From contig JACRIR010000209.1 in NCBI GenBank assembly GCA_016215705.1, positions 16,530-80,529 of the forward strand: a DNA stretch of 64,000 nucleotides. Reading direction: 5' to 3'. Positions 48,327 to 59,046 of this stretch are shown piece after piece. The notes under the pieces are model-generated. The model ran no database searches. It had not been told where the DNA came from and saw nothing but the letters and a program-made list of their open reading frames with translations. Position numbers and translations under genes: made by a program. Position 1 is the first letter of the stretch. Every line of letters begins with the position of its first letter. The DNA is from Candidatus Poribacteria bacterium (GTDB lineage Bacteria; Abyssobacteria; SURF-5).

Positions 48327-49240
48327 TCGACCTGCTCCATTCTTATGCCGTACACTAGCATAATGTCGAAAGGATTGATATATACCACGCGGTCACCCAG
48401 CCCAAGCGAGCGGGTCAGCCACCCCGCGACTCTCTCCACCGTTGAGCTATACAGCCCTGCTCTCTTTATGAAGAAATCCACGTCTATATATTTCCCCACG
48501 TGTTCCAGGCGAACGGTCTCAAATCGGGACTTGGCGAGCAGGCGCTTCAATGTTCCGGGAGTGAAATAGTACAGGTGTTCCCCCTGTTTGATCCCCATCC
48601 AACTTGAACGCCACACTCGAGCAGGGACACTTGCGATGTTCGGAGTAGTAAGCGCGAGGAGCCCACCGGGCCTCAGAAGGCTGTGTGCCTTTTTGAACTC
48701 CTCTGCCGGATCAGGGCAATGCTCGATATAGTCCCACATGGTGACAACGTCAAAGCTCGCTGGCTCCATGTCGGCATTGGCCAACAAGCCGCAGAACACG
48801 TCCACACCAAGGTTCTTGCGCGCAAAGTCGCATGCGAACTCCGATATCTCGACCCCCTGCGCGCGCCAGCCGAGCTCCCTTGCTACCTCGAGTGAGAAAC
48901 CGGTTGCGCAACCGATGTCCAACAACCTTCCCTTGCGATGGGTCCATCCCTCGATTTCCTTGAGACGTCTGTGGAACGTTCTCGAAATCTTTTCGCGGTC
49001 GGCGATGTAATCATCATAGCCCACGGCCCCCGAATCAGCGCTCCGGAAGTATGACTCAGAGTAAAGCTGCCCCATCTCCTGCGAGTCGGGGATATTGTCT
49101 GCTCTCACGAGTCCGCATCCATCGCACTTGAGTAGCCCGAGATTGGGATACACGTATCGGGCTGAACCGGACCCGCAGAGGTTGCACGGTTGGAAGTCAA
49201 TCACTTGACGGTGGGAGTTCATAGCGCTTCTTCCAGTCAT
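48323..49240 (-). CDS. class I SAM-dependent methyltransferase with N-terminal zinc ribbon
   Basis: CNLC...CDGC, LLDIGCATG, WDYIEH, TTPN, EHLYYF. Confidence 0.87.
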   Translation of the reverse strand: MTGRSAMNSHRQVIDFQPCNLCGSGSARYVYPNLGLLKCDGCGLVRADNIPDSQEMGQLYSESYFRSADSGAVGYDDYIADREKISRTFHRRLKEIEGWTHRKGRLLDIGCATGFSLEVARELGWRAQGVEISEFACDFARKNLGVDVFCGLLANADMEPASFDVVTMWDYIEHCPDPAEEFKKAHSLLRPGGLLALTTPNIASVPARVWRSSWMGIKQGEHLYYFTPGTLKRLLAKSRFETVRLEHVGKYIDVDFFIKRAGLYSSTVERVAGWLTRSLGLGDRVVYINPFDIMLVYGIRMEQVE

Positions 49241-49946
49241 TGATGCGCACCCTTACGATCTCGCAGATCATCGGAAAAGTGTCTCGCAGGACGCTGACTC
49301 TTGTGAGAGGTGAGTTCTTCCAACTAACTGCGACCTCGCCAACGCGAAACCCGAACTTCCTGGCAAGGTAAAGAGCCTCCACGTCGAAACCAAAGCCGTT
49401 GGTGCGCGCAGCCGAAAAAATGGTTGTCGCTGACCCATTCTTGAAATACTTGAACCCGCATTGGGTGTCCAGAATGTCCGGTATCGCCAACAGGCGGACC
49501 AACCGGTTGAATACCTTGCCGCTCAATTCTCTGTACCAGGGACGCCAACCAATGATTGCCGATTCCGTCAGAGCCCTTGAGCCGACAACCACATCCAGCC
49601 CCCTTGAGGCATGCTCTTCGAGTGTCTCCAACTCCGCTATCGGGGTGGCAAGGTCCGCATCAGACAAAAGTACGCTATCAGACCGCGCTTTCAGCATGCC
49701 AGCGCGGACGGCAAAACCCTTTCCCCGATTCGGATGATAGCTGACAAGTCTTACTCCACCATCTTTCTCCGCGTATGCGCCCACGGCGCTATCAGTTGAG
49801 TCCGTGCTTCCATCGCTCACAACAATTATCTCATAGTTTAATCTGCGCTCTTTGAGGTAAGCGGATATGGCTTCAATCGTGGGGCCGATGCGTCCAGCTT
49901 CATTGAAAGCGGGAATCACTACGGAGAGGTCCAGCTTGTGGGTCAT
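49197..49946 (-). CDS. GT2 dolichyl-phosphate beta-glucosyltransferase (Alg5)-like
   Basis: LSVVIPAFNE, DGSTD, NRGKG.AV..GM, DADLATP, DTQCGFK, FDVE. Confidence 0.88.
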   Translation of the reverse strand: MTHKLDLSVVIPAFNEAGRIGPTIEAISAYLKERRLNYEIIVVSDGSTDSTDSAVGAYAEKDGGVRLVSYHPNRGKGFAVRAGMLKARSDSVLLSDADLATPIAELETLEEHASRGLDVVVGSRALTESAIIGWRPWYRELSGKVFNRLVRLLAIPDILDTQCGFKYFKNGSATTIFSAARTNGFGFDVEALYLARKFGFRVGEVAVSWKNSPLTRVSVLRDTFPMICEIVRVRINDWKKRYELPPSSD

Positions 49947-50273
49947 GGAAAGAAAACTCGCGCCATTGCATCTCTTATCAATGTGATCCTCTTCTTTCGA
50001 TTCTATGCAACAAACTGACATCATTATAATTGCGGCCTGAGATTGTGTCAAATAACGAGATTCTTAGCCTTCACTCCGCATCCATCATTCCTTGTCATTT
50101 CCCCGTTCCCTCTAATGTTGCTTCTTCTATTCTCCCTCTTTAGCCGACTTTCGACCTTCGACTTGTCTAATTCCCTTTCGTCCTGCTCCTTCTCATTCAT
50201 CATTCATCATTGCATGTCGCCCCCCTTCGCCTTTTCCCCCTCAGCTTTCGCCTCTTACCCCGTCACTTTATAT

Positions 50274-50302
50274 TTGACATATTTAAAGTCGTATGTTATA
50301 CT
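50274..50302 (+). promoter_or_regulatory. sigma70 promoter of the HU/IHF gene
   Basis: TTGACA, 17 bp, TATACT with TGn extension. Confidence 0.65.
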
Positions 50303-50431
50303 TATGCCGATTTGGACATTAGGCCGCTCGCCTGCTAAAATGCGTGATTACGCAATATAATATGGCCAAAATAAAAATTGTATGGGGGCACGGCGCTTTT
50401 GCGGTTGGGATAACGAAAGGAGTTCGGTCTC

Positions 50432-50731
50432 ATGACGAAAAGGGAGTTGGTAATTGAGGTCGCCAGGAAGCTCGGCTTCACCCAGAACGACGTAGGACGG
50501 GTGGTCCAAGAGGCCTTCGATGTAATTACCGAATCGCTTGCCCAGGGTAAACGCCTTGAAATCAGAAACTTCGGAGTATTCGAAGTTAAGACCCGCGACG
50601 CCCGTATTGGCCGTAATCCGAGAACAGGCGAAGAAGTGCCTATCCCGGAAAAGCGCGTTGCCACATTTAAGCCGGGCAAACTCATCAAAGAGAAAGTGGA
50701 GAATTCCCGCCCAGAACCGGCTGCGCAGTAG
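50432..50731 (+). CDS. HU/IHF-family DNA-binding protein
   Basis: MTKREL, EIRNFGVF, GRNPRTGE, FKPGK; AAGGAG RBS. Confidence 0.93.
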   Translation: MTKRELVIEVARKLGFTQNDVGRVVQEAFDVITESLAQGKRLEIRNFGVFEVKTRDARIGRNPRTGEEVPIPEKRVATFKPGKLIKEKVENSRPEPAAQ

Positions 50732-50779
50732 CACAAAGAGTCCCGCTTTGAACAGTAAGGCATTACAGCAGGATTATAC

Positions 50780-51451
50780 GTGTGTCCCGTTTCCAATACC
50801 CAAAACTCTTTCCCCTCACTTGAGTTATATGTAATAATCGATGAATGCCTTCTCTCGACGACTCGTGTCGAAGACGCTCTCGAAAAAGCGCTGATGGGGG
50901 GAGCTGACGCAATCCAATTCCGCGCAAAACGGCTTTCCAAGCGCGGCTACTATGAAATGGCGGTCAGACTTCTATCTCATGCTCGACACATGAGCAAACC
51001 GTTCTTCGTCAATGACCATCTCGATGTGGCGCTTGCCATTGGGGCTGATGGTGTGCATCTTGGACAGGATGACTTCCCGTGTCACGCCGCGCGACGATTG
51101 ACGCCGAAAGGAATGATGATCGGCGTGTCCTCTCACTGTGTCGAACAAGCGATTAGGGCTGCTGCTGACGGCGCCAACTACATTGCAGTTGGCCCTGTTT
51201 TCCCGACGACTACCAAGGATAAGCCCGAGCCTGTCGTGGGACTTGGAATGATTTCCAAGGTCAAGGCTCGCATAGGCGCTGTCCCCCTAGTCGCCATCGG
51301 GGGAATCAACAGAGACAACGTCTCGGAAGTGGTTCGGTCAGGAGCCGACGGCGTCGCTGTCGCCTCGGCTGTGGCGCTGGCGTATGATCCCGTCGCCGTG
51401 GCAATGGAACTAAAACACAGAATCCGTCTCGAACGAGAACGAGTCTGCTAG
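50780..51451 (+). CDS. thiE: thiamine-phosphate synthase
   Basis: IQFRAK, VND, DGVHLGQDD, GVSSH, FPTTTK, AIGGI. Confidence 0.92.
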   Translation: MCPVSNTQNSFPSLELYVIIDECLLSTTRVEDALEKALMGGADAIQFRAKRLSKRGYYEMAVRLLSHARHMSKPFFVNDHLDVALAIGADGVHLGQDDFPCHAARRLTPKGMMIGVSSHCVEQAIRAAADGANYIAVGPVFPTTTKDKPEPVVGLGMISKVKARIGAVPLVAIGGINRDNVSEVVRSGADGVAVASAVALAYDPVAVAMELKHRIRLERERVC

Positions 51452-51640
51452 AATAGTCACATCTCGAAGCCTTCTTTTGCAGAACCGCCAGGAGCCTGGC
51501 AGCCGCTTTGTGGGTTGGTTGGGAAAGAAAGGTGAAGTCGGAAACCGGAAGTAAGTCTGTTTTCTTCTTTCCGGAGTTTCCCCTTCTCCTTGTTCCTTTC
51601 GTCTTTCGCCTATTCCTCAAAGGAGGGGAGATACCTGTCT

Positions 51641-52774
51641 ATGCCTTTGCCATGCAAAACTCTCACGCCTCTCATTGTTGCTTGCGCCTTATTCATAAGT
51701 GCGTGCGGCCGTAGTCCCGGGGCAGGAGAACTCGAGTTCAAAACGACAAAAGTGACACGGGGCGATATTGAACATCGTGTCATTGCAACGGGAAAGATCA
51801 AGCCCCTGTCGAAAGTGGAAATAAGATCGAAGGTCGACGGCATCATCAAGACGATCGCCGTTGATGAAGGCGACCACGTATCGAAAGGACAAATCATCCT
51901 CGAGCTTGACAAGGATATTCTCTCCTCAAGAGTCAAGGAGGCGCAAAGTTCTCTCGAAAGAGCCCAAGCAAGATATGAGCAGGCCCGGATCGAAGCCTCC
52001 ACAAGTGAAATGGACTCCGTTCAGAAGAGATACGATCGCCTGAAGAGGCTTTTTGAACAGGGTCTCGTGCCGGAACAGCAACTGGAAGATGCCGAAACCG
52101 CTCTTACGATTGCGACAGAGACCCATAAGGCAAGACGGACAGCTATCTCGATGGCGAAGGCGGAATTGTCCGCGGTCACGGCGGCGCTCGAGCGCGCGGA
52201 AAACGAACTGAGTTATGCGACAATCGTTTCGCCGGTCGATGGCATAGTTCTGAGTCGCGACGTAGACGTGGGAGGAGCCGTTGCATCGGTAGTTTCGACC
52301 ATGGGCACGTTGCTCATGACCCTTGGCGATGTCCGGGAAATGCATCTAGTTGGAGACGTTGATGAAAGCGACGTCGGCCTGGTTCGCGAGGGAATGCCGG
52401 CGCGGATTACCGTCGAATCATACCCCGGCAAGAAGTTTCAAGGCACTGTCAAGACGATATCGCCTCTCGGCGTCGAAAAAGACAAAATCATGAACTTCGA
52501 GGTCGAAGTAACCATCGAGGCGAATGACGTGCCGCTCAGGTCTAACATGACCGCAGATGCCGAGATTATCATTGAAGAACATAAGAATGTGCTGTTACTG
52601 CCGCAGAATGCCATCCGCTACAAGCGGGAACAAAGCTTTGTGGAAGTGCCCGACTCCAAAGCGGATACCCACAAGCGCGCTGTGGATGTTGCGCTCGGGA
52701 TTACCGGTACAAACTTCAGCGAAGTGCTCTCGGGCCTGAAAGAGGGCGATGAGGTCATCGTATCGGGCCAATGA
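51641..52774 (+). CDS. MacA-like periplasmic adaptor subunit, probable lipoprotein
   Basis: AAGGAGG RBS; FISAC lipobox-like; [26 protein letters not shown]. Confidence 0.88.
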   Translation: MPLPCKTLTPLIVACALFISACGRSPGAGELEFKTTKVTRGDIEHRVIATGKIKPLSKVEIRSKVDGIIKTIAVDEGDHVSKGQIILELDKDILSSRVKEAQSSLERAQARYEQARIEASTSEMDSVQKRYDRLKRLFEQGLVPEQQLEDAETALTIATETHKARRTAISMAKAELSAVTAALERAENELSYATIVSPVDGIVLSRDVDVGGAVASVVSTMGTLLMTLGDVREMHLVGDVDESDVGLVREGMPARITVESYPGKKFQGTVKTISPLGVEKDKIMNFEVEVTIEANDVPLRSNMTADAEIIIEEHKNVLLLPQNAIRYKREQSFVEVPDSKADTHKRAVDVALGITGTNFSEVLSGLKEGDEVIVSGQ

Positions 52775-53460
52775 ACAACTCTCTGATTTCACTCAAGAAC
52801 ATTACAAAAGTCTATAACTCCTCCGAGGTGGAGGTGCACGCCTTGCGCGGTGTTTCCATCGACATTCAAAAGGGTGAATTCGTTTCCATCATAGGGCCGT
52901 CCGGCTCCGGCAAGACTACTTTGATGGATATCATTGGCTGCCTGTCTCGACCCACTTCCGGAGAATACTATCTCGATGGCAACAATGTCAGCAATCTCGA
53001 CGACGACACTCTCGCCGAGTTGCGCAACAAGAAGATAGGATTCGTCTTTCAAACGTTCAACTTGTTGCCGCGACTGACTGCCCTTCAAAACGTCGAGCTT
53101 CCCCTCATCTACGGTGGCGTTACTTCAAAGGAACGAGTCCGGCGGGCCAGAGAACTTCTGGAGTCCGTTGGTCTCGCGGATCGTATTCACCACAAGCCCA
53201 GCGCCCTCTCCGGCGGCCAAATACAGCGTGTGGCCGTGGCGCGGGCGCTCGTCAACCGGCCCTCTCTCATCTTGGCCGACGAGCCCACCGGCAACCTTGA
53301 CAGTAAGTCCGAAGCTGAAGTGACAGCAATACTCAGAGAACTTCACGAAAAGGGAAACACTATTGTCATTGTAACCCATAACCCGGCCGTGGCCGAGCAG
53401 GCAAAAAGGATTGTCTCCGTCAAGGACGGCCAGATTATCTCGGACACGCCAAAACAATAA
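52771..53460 (+). CDS. MacB/LolD-type ABC ATP-binding protein
   Basis: [34 protein letters not shown]. Confidence 0.93.
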   Translation: MNNSLISLKNITKVYNSSEVEVHALRGVSIDIQKGEFVSIIGPSGSGKTTLMDIIGCLSRPTSGEYYLDGNNVSNLDDDTLAELRNKKIGFVFQTFNLLPRLTALQNVELPLIYGGVTSKERVRRARELLESVGLADRIHHKPSALSGGQIQRVAVARALVNRPSLILADEPTGNLDSKSEAEVTAILRELHEKGNTIVIVTHNPAVAEQAKRIVSVKDGQIISDTPKQ

Positions 53461-53475
53461 CCGACATGGGCCTAA

Positions 53476-53567
53476 CCTGAAACCCGAAACTTGAAACCTG
53501 AAACGGCCGGCCGGAACCCGAAATCCCGGACATTCAACGCAACACGCAATACGTAATACGCAACACG
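53476..53567. repeat. two adjacent heptamer tandem tracts
   Basis: CCTGAAA-like x4 (CCTGAAACCCGAAACTTGAAACCTGAAAC), then ACGCAAC/ACGCAAT-like x4. Confidence 0.65.
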
Positions 53568-53609
53568 AAAGCATGTTTTTTTGCAGAGCGGATCAGGTGC
53601 GTCTCTAAT

Positions 53610-54848
53610 ATGAATCTCCACAACATCATTGCTCAGGCATTTCAGAGTCTCGCCACAAACAGGTTGCGCTCTGCGCTCACCATGCTGGGAGTCATATGGG
53701 GTACCGCCTCGGTCGTCTTCTTGTTGGGATGGGGTAAAGGCTTCATCAACGTGATGGAAACCGAGACGCGCGCAGGCGGTGACGGTTACGTTGTGTTCTG
53801 GGCGAAACGGGCTCGTTCTGAGACCGCCGGGCGAAAGGGGGCGCGCCAACTTACCTTCGAACTGAAGGAAATTGATGTCGTTCGCAATCATTGCCCTTCA
53901 GTGAGATATGTTACTCCAACCAGGAGAGTGTTCGGTCTCACGAAGTATGAGAATAGGCTGAAAAGCGGACAAATCTGTGGTGTCAACGCGGACGCATTTA
54001 ATATTTACAACCTGAGTGTCGAGGAGGGCCGTTTCCTTCAGCCCGACGACGTAAAATATCAAAGAAGAGTCATTGTCCTTGGCGCTGATCTGAAAGAGGC
54101 TCTGTTCCCTCCAGGTCTCTCGGCGATAGGGCGTACAGTCAACATCATGGGCATCTCCCTCGAGGTAATCGGGACATTGAAGAAAAAAGGAGACGTATTG
54201 ATCATGATGTACGGACCCGATGATGAAAAGGCTTATGTGCCGATCACTTCCATGCTGCAATATGTTGCCGGCGCCAGAGACATAGGCCAGATTGATTTCC
54301 AGCCGAAAGACCCTTCTGCGAGCAAGGCATGCATCCGGGAGGTCAAAACAGCGCTCGCAAAAGAACTCAACTTCTCGCCCGATGACGACGAAGCGCTTGA
54401 AATATTCGACGTCACAGGCTTGATTAGCTCTTTGGACACAATGTCGCTCATTCTGGCTGTGTTTGTGACTATGGTCGGCGTGATTACTTTGTTCGTCGGC
54501 GCGGTAGGCGTCATGAATATCATGCTCATTAGTGTCACTGAAAGAACCCGCGAGATCGGGATATGCAAGGCCATCGGCGCAAAACGAAAGCATATCCTGA
54601 CGCAGTTTCTGGCGGAAGCTATGACGATAACAGTTGCCAGCGGCATTATCGGAATCTTGTTGGGATGCGCGGTCAGCCTCATATTCGCCGCTGTCCCACG
54701 GCCCAAGATTCTCGCGGCGCCGGAAATCTCGTTTCTTACGCTATTCATCAGTTTCATTGTAATGGTTTTTGTCGGATTGTTCGCGGGCGTTGTGCCCGCG
54801 CTCCGCGCTGCGAACATGGAGCCAGTCGAATCGTTGCGATACGAATGA
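53610..54848 (+). CDS. MacB/FtsX-type ABC permease
   Basis: RSALTMLGVIWG, VGVMNIMLISVTERTREIG..KAIGA, PVESLRYE. Confidence 0.92.
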   Translation: MNLHNIIAQAFQSLATNRLRSALTMLGVIWGTASVVFLLGWGKGFINVMETETRAGGDGYVVFWAKRARSETAGRKGARQLTFELKEIDVVRNHCPSVRYVTPTRRVFGLTKYENRLKSGQICGVNADAFNIYNLSVEEGRFLQPDDVKYQRRVIVLGADLKEALFPPGLSAIGRTVNIMGISLEVIGTLKKKGDVLIMMYGPDDEKAYVPITSMLQYVAGARDIGQIDFQPKDPSASKACIREVKTALAKELNFSPDDDEALEIFDVTGLISSLDTMSLILAVFVTMVGVITLFVGAVGVMNIMLISVTERTREIGICKAIGAKRKHILTQFLAEAMTITVASGIIGILLGCAVSLIFAAVPRPKILAAPEISFLTLFISFIVMVFVGLFAGVVPALRAANMEPVESLRYE

Positions 54849-54868
54849 ACATTTTCCTGAATATGTTC

Positions 54869-54916
54869 GTAGGCGCGAAATTCATTGCGCCCTTGTAGGT
54901 GCGAATTTATTCGCAC
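54869..54916. repeat. two tandem GTAG-tagged REP-like hairpins
   Basis: GTAGGCGCGAAATTCATTGCGCCC-TT-GTAGGTGCGAATTTATTCGCAC. Confidence 0.65.
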
Positions 54917-54930
54917 AATTGAATTGATGT

Positions 54931-56172
54931 ATGTTCCTTCTTGAATCCATAAACCAGGCATGGCAGCTACTCAGGGCCCACAAGGTCCGAACCGGACTGA
55001 CTATGTTCGGAATCATATGGGGAATCGCCTCAATGATCATCCTTGTCGGCATGGGGAGATCGTCGCAGAGACTCTTCTACCACGAATTCCAAAAGATAGG
55101 CCAGAAAATGATCGTTGTCTGGGCCGGTCAATCCAGCAGCGGCCTCAGCGGGATCAAAGGAGGACGACCGATACGATTCACGATCGACGATGTCAAGGCC
55201 ATCAAAGAACACTGTCCCAGCGTGGAAGTAGTTAGTCCTCAGGTCGGGATCGGATATCTGGATGCCAAACTCGGCAACGAATCCGTGCCTTCTGATGTCT
55301 TTGGGGTCGACGATAACTCGCAAACCATTCGAAGTATGGATATCGCTCATGGAAGGTTTATCGGTCAGGATGACGTAGAACTTGGCCGTCGAGTCTGCGT
55401 ATTGGGCGCGAAGATCAAGAAAAAGCTTTTCGGTGACCAGCCGGCAGTAGGGGAATCCATCCGATTAGCCGGATTGAGCTTTAGCGTGGTCGGCGTGATG
55501 GCGGAAAAAGGGGATCAGTTAAGTCGCGCCAGCGCCAGTCTCGATGACGAACAAGTGTCGATTCCCTACACCACTGCCCAAAAACTGTTCACGGGATCGA
55601 AGTATTTCTACATGATATATTTCCAGCCATATTCGTTGACGCAAGACAAAGCAGCCCGTGAAGAGGTTCGTCAAACACTCAGCTTTCGGCACGGGTTTAC
55701 TCTCGATGACAAGGATGCCGTCCATATGTTCGGAACGGCGGATATGATTGAGAGAGTTTATGGTGTCACCGTTGGAATGCAAATTTTTCTCGGCGCTGCC
55801 AGCGTCGTTACCCTTTTGATCGGTGGAATCGGCGTCATGAACATCATGTTTGTCTCTATCAACGAACGCATCAGAGAGATCGGCATCATCAAGGCGGTTG
55901 GCGCCAAGAAACGGCAGGTCTTTTTGCAGTTCCTCGTCGAGTCGGTGTTCGTCACCTTTATCGCCGGCTCCATAGGCGTCCTCATTGGATGCTCGATTTG
56001 CTTCATTCTTGGCATGTTCAAGCTGCCACGCCTCGTCGCCGCGCCGGAAATTGATCCGCTTGTAATGGCAATCTCGTTTCTTACGATGACTCTCGTAGGA
56101 ATCATGTCAGGCATTCTTCCCGCGCTGAGAGCCTCCCGAATGCAAATCGTCGAGGCCCTCCGGTTTTATTAA
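54931..56172 (+). CDS. MacB/FtsX-type ABC permease (second paralogue)
   Basis: RTGLTMFGIIWG, GGIGVMNIM..SINERIREIG..KAVGA, EALR. Confidence 0.92.
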   Translation: MFLLESINQAWQLLRAHKVRTGLTMFGIIWGIASMIILVGMGRSSQRLFYHEFQKIGQKMIVVWAGQSSSGLSGIKGGRPIRFTIDDVKAIKEHCPSVEVVSPQVGIGYLDAKLGNESVPSDVFGVDDNSQTIRSMDIAHGRFIGQDDVELGRRVCVLGAKIKKKLFGDQPAVGESIRLAGLSFSVVGVMAEKGDQLSRASASLDDEQVSIPYTTAQKLFTGSKYFYMIYFQPYSLTQDKAAREEVRQTLSFRHGFTLDDKDAVHMFGTADMIERVYGVTVGMQIFLGAASVVTLLIGGIGVMNIMFVSINERIREIGIIKAVGAKKRQVFLQFLVESVFVTFIAGSIGVLIGCSICFILGMFKLPRLVAAPEIDPLVMAISFLTMTLVGIMSGILPALRASRMQIVEALRFY

Positions 56173-56207
56173 TGTTCACCGATTCGCGCGCAAGCAATGT
56201 CCGAAAC

Positions 56208-56234
56208 GTCATTCTGAGCCAAACGAAGAATCTC
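56208..56234. repeat. diverged solo copy of the GIY-YIG-flanking repeat
   Basis: GTCATTCTGAGCCAAACGAAGAATCTC (2 mismatches). Confidence 0.8.
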
Positions 56235-56301
56235 CTGTTTCGGGCACGGAGAATTCTAAGATGATGCTATTCGTGGTCTCCAACATCGGCCATACTGCAC
56301 T

Positions 56302-59013
56302 ATGAGTCCAAATAGAAAGAAGAGCGTCATTGTCTTCTCTGCCCTTGTCGTTTTCCTCGTAATTGTTCTCCTCATCTCGCGCATGTTTTCTCAAGAATGG
56401 CTCAACCATAAGCTCATGGCTTCGTTGCCCGAGGGAGTGACCGCCGACTCAATTCACGCAACCTTTTCCGGAAAGATTGTCGCAAAAGGGCTGCAAGCGC
56501 ACACAGCAGCGGGGAAGGAACCCTTGCTCTTTAGTGCGGATGAAGTGCGAATTCAACTGAATCGTCTTGCTCTAATCAAACAGGTGATTCTCCCACAGCA
56601 CGACCTCAAAACCTTTCCGCTGCGCCTGACCTCCACTCTCAATCAAGGGCAGATCGCAAGAGATGGATTCAGGCGGAAATACGAATCATTTGCTGAACTC
56701 TACAAGAATTTCCTCAACCTGCCTTGGCGCGAAATCAAGGTTGACCGGGGGCGTTTAACCGCTGGCGCACTCGAGGCGGAATCGCTCGTAGCCGGGCCTA
56801 TCGGTTTAATCGCTGACAGACAACTCGGTCGCTCGGCGAACATGAAATTGACAATTGACCGCGTGGCTTTCGACCAGGGCTCGGCAAATTCCCCCTTGGA
56901 AGGTTTGCGTGTCGTCGCCAGGCTGTCCGAAAATGGCATCGTCCTCGAGAACTTCCAACTCTTCTCAGGCTCGGCAAGACTTCGAGCCTCGGGAGAGATG
57001 TCAGACATCAAGAATCTCATCGGCCAACTGATCCTCGATTCGTCCACGGACGCCGGATTCCTTAAAGCCGTCCTCAACAGAGAGATGCCGTTTTTCTCAG
57101 CCCTCACAACGACTGCTAAACTGGACTTCCGGGAGAGTAAATGGCATCTTGCGGCAAAGATGACCCCCGAGACTCCCTCCTATCAGGCGTTGCGAAACCT
57201 TGAGATCGTTGCCGATGGCCAGGTCGGCGACACGATCAGCGCTCAGAACGTGACCATCCGGAATGACTTGCTGCAAATCTCTTGCAGGGGGAATCTGCTC
57301 GATCAGCGCAGTTTGAACATTGCTCTTCAGTTGAGAACCGTTCCGCTGGCTCTGCTCAATCCAACATCAACAATCAACGTCGCCCGGAGCGCTTGGCTTG
57401 TTAATGGGAATCTATCTGGCAGTCTTGCAACACCAATTTTTCGAGGAGCCTTCGTTTCTCAGCCCGGCCCCGCAACTGCAGGCGACAGCGCAAAGGGCAG
57501 CATGGAGTACGAGAATGGGAATCTTACCTTCAGAAACCTCGACATTCGGACCGTCTCGGGAAGGCTTCAGGGCGAAGCGACCATTGAGTTCGGAAGGGAG
57601 AAGCCAATCAAGGGCAGACTCGCGCTGACGGACCTTGCACTGGAGGATTGTTGCAGGCGATCCGGAATCGCAGCGTCTGTCAAGGGAACAGCGGGCGGAA
57701 GACTCGAAATCAGTGGCAACCTCAAACACCCGCTTGTGAATGGCTGGATCAAATCAGAAAACGTCAGCGTTGGAGGAACGCTCGTCGCGCCCGTCGAAGT
57801 TGATTTTGCTCCCAACCTGAACAGTATCGACATCTCCGGGAAGGCGCTTAATGAATTGGTCAGCTTTACGGCGCAAACCTCTCCCGAAAACGTCAGTCAA
57901 GTCGGCGGCAAGATCGTCTTCAAGGAAATCAACTCGAAAGACCTCACTCGCGTTCTGGGAAAAGACCTCTTTTATGGCGCGACGTTTTCGTGCGTTGGCA
58001 GCAGCAAATTCTCGTTGGACATCAATGAGCCGCGCCACGCGAGGCTCAACTTGACGTTGAACAAGCTTAAGATCGAACACGACGGCGCCAGGTTCGTCAG
58101 TAGTGAGGCGGTCGTCGCGCGTATCAGTGATTCCACAATCAAAATTGAGAAAATGAACCTAAAAGCTGCACCTGGGGGCATGGTCGATATTTCGGGCGCA
58201 GTGGAACTAATCCCTAATGCTAAACCGCTCCTTAACCTTCACGCTCGAGCAGTCGGGTTTCCCCTCTCCTATGCGGGAAAATATCATGAACTGCTGAAAT
58301 CGGCGCAGGGCAACGGCGACGCCGAGATAAACATAGGCGGCGACGCGGGCAAGCCCATCTTTTCCGGCAGGCTCATGACCTCAAACTCGACTGTCAAGCT
58401 GCCATTTTTCCAATCACCGTCAGCAGTTCAGCATGCGACGATTGAGTTTAGTGAGAACAATTTAGTTGGGAAACCGGTAAGACTCAAGGTTGGCGACGGT
58501 TCGATATCAGGCTCCTTCTCTTATCGCAACCCCATGCTTGCGGTCAACGCCGATTTCGTGAATCTGAAAGGTTTGGAACTAAGCAGACTGTTGCCGGCGC
58601 AATTCCTGACCACTCTGGATTCACGATGGGATGGAACAGTCACTCTGTCCGCGGATACTCGAACTCCGCAGACTCTGACAGGAGCAGTAGCGCTTGGTAA
58701 AATCGAAGCCCTCGTTGCAGACCATACTTTCGCGCTCGGGCGGCGTGGCAATATCCGCCTGTCGCAAGGGGTTCTCGAGTTTCCGGATTTGGCTTTTGTC
58801 GACACCCTCACGGGTGGTGTCTTTTCTGTTTCGGGAAGAATGGAACTTTTCGGAAAACGGAACGTGGACATCCGATTGCTGGCTTCAAACGCAGACCTGT
58901 CGCTCTTCAAGGCTCTGTCAAAGGTTGACAATCTTCCCGGCAAGGCGAATGTGGAATTGACCATGCGCGGTCCCGCAGACCATCCGCAGATTACCGTTAC
59001 CGTGCGGAGGTAA
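56302..59013 (+). CDS. AsmA/TamB-like protein (N-terminal TM anchor plus repeated beta segments)
   Basis: One N-terminal hydrophobic helix; recurring GxxxxP motifs (SGSLATP, SGNLKHP, GGDAGKP, RGPADHP). Confidence 0.65.
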   Translation: MSPNRKKSVIVFSALVVFLVIVLLISRMFSQEWLNHKLMASLPEGVTADSIHATFSGKIVAKGLQAHTAAGKEPLLFSADEVRIQLNRLALIKQVILPQHDLKTFPLRLTSTLNQGQIARDGFRRKYESFAELYKNFLNLPWREIKVDRGRLTAGALEAESLVAGPIGLIADRQLGRSANMKLTIDRVAFDQGSANSPLEGLRVVARLSENGIVLENFQLFSGSARLRASGEMSDIKNLIGQLILDSSTDAGFLKAVLNREMPFFSALTTTAKLDFRESKWHLAAKMTPETPSYQALRNLEIVADGQVGDTISAQNVTIRNDLLQISCRGNLLDQRSLNIALQLRTVPLALLNPTSTINVARSAWLVNGNLSGSLATPIFRGAFVSQPGPATAGDSAKGSMEYENGNLTFRNLDIRTVSGRLQGEATIEFGREKPIKGRLALTDLALEDCCRRSGIAASVKGTAGGRLEISGNLKHPLVNGWIKSENVSVGGTLVAPVEVDFAPNLNSIDISGKALNELVSFTAQTSPENVSQVGGKIVFKEINSKDLTRVLGKDLFYGATFSCVGSSKFSLDINEPRHARLNLTLNKLKIEHDGARFVSSEAVVARISDSTIKIEKMNLKAAPGGMVDISGAVELIPNAKPLLNLHARAVGFPLSYAGKYHELLKSAQGNGDAEINIGGDAGKPIFSGRLMTSNSTVKLPFFQSPSAVQHATIEFSENNLVGKPVRLKVGDGSISGSFSYRNPMLAVNADFVNLKGLELSRLLPAQFLTTLDSRWDGTVTLSADTRTPQTLTGAVALGKIEALVADHTFALGRRGNIRLSQGVLEFPDLAFVDTLTGGVFSVSGRMELFGKRNVDIRLLASNADLSLFKALSKVDNLPGKANVELTMRGPADHPQITVTVRR

Positions 59014-59046
59014 ACTCAATGAATGGAACCACACCCTCCCACATCC

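Noticed and set aside
47595-48569. 324-aa plus-strand ORF
   Set aside because: Antisense to two clear methyltransferases; no motifs.
50732-50830. TPP riboswitch upstream of thiE
   Set aside because: The gap is very short and has no CTGAGA-type core.
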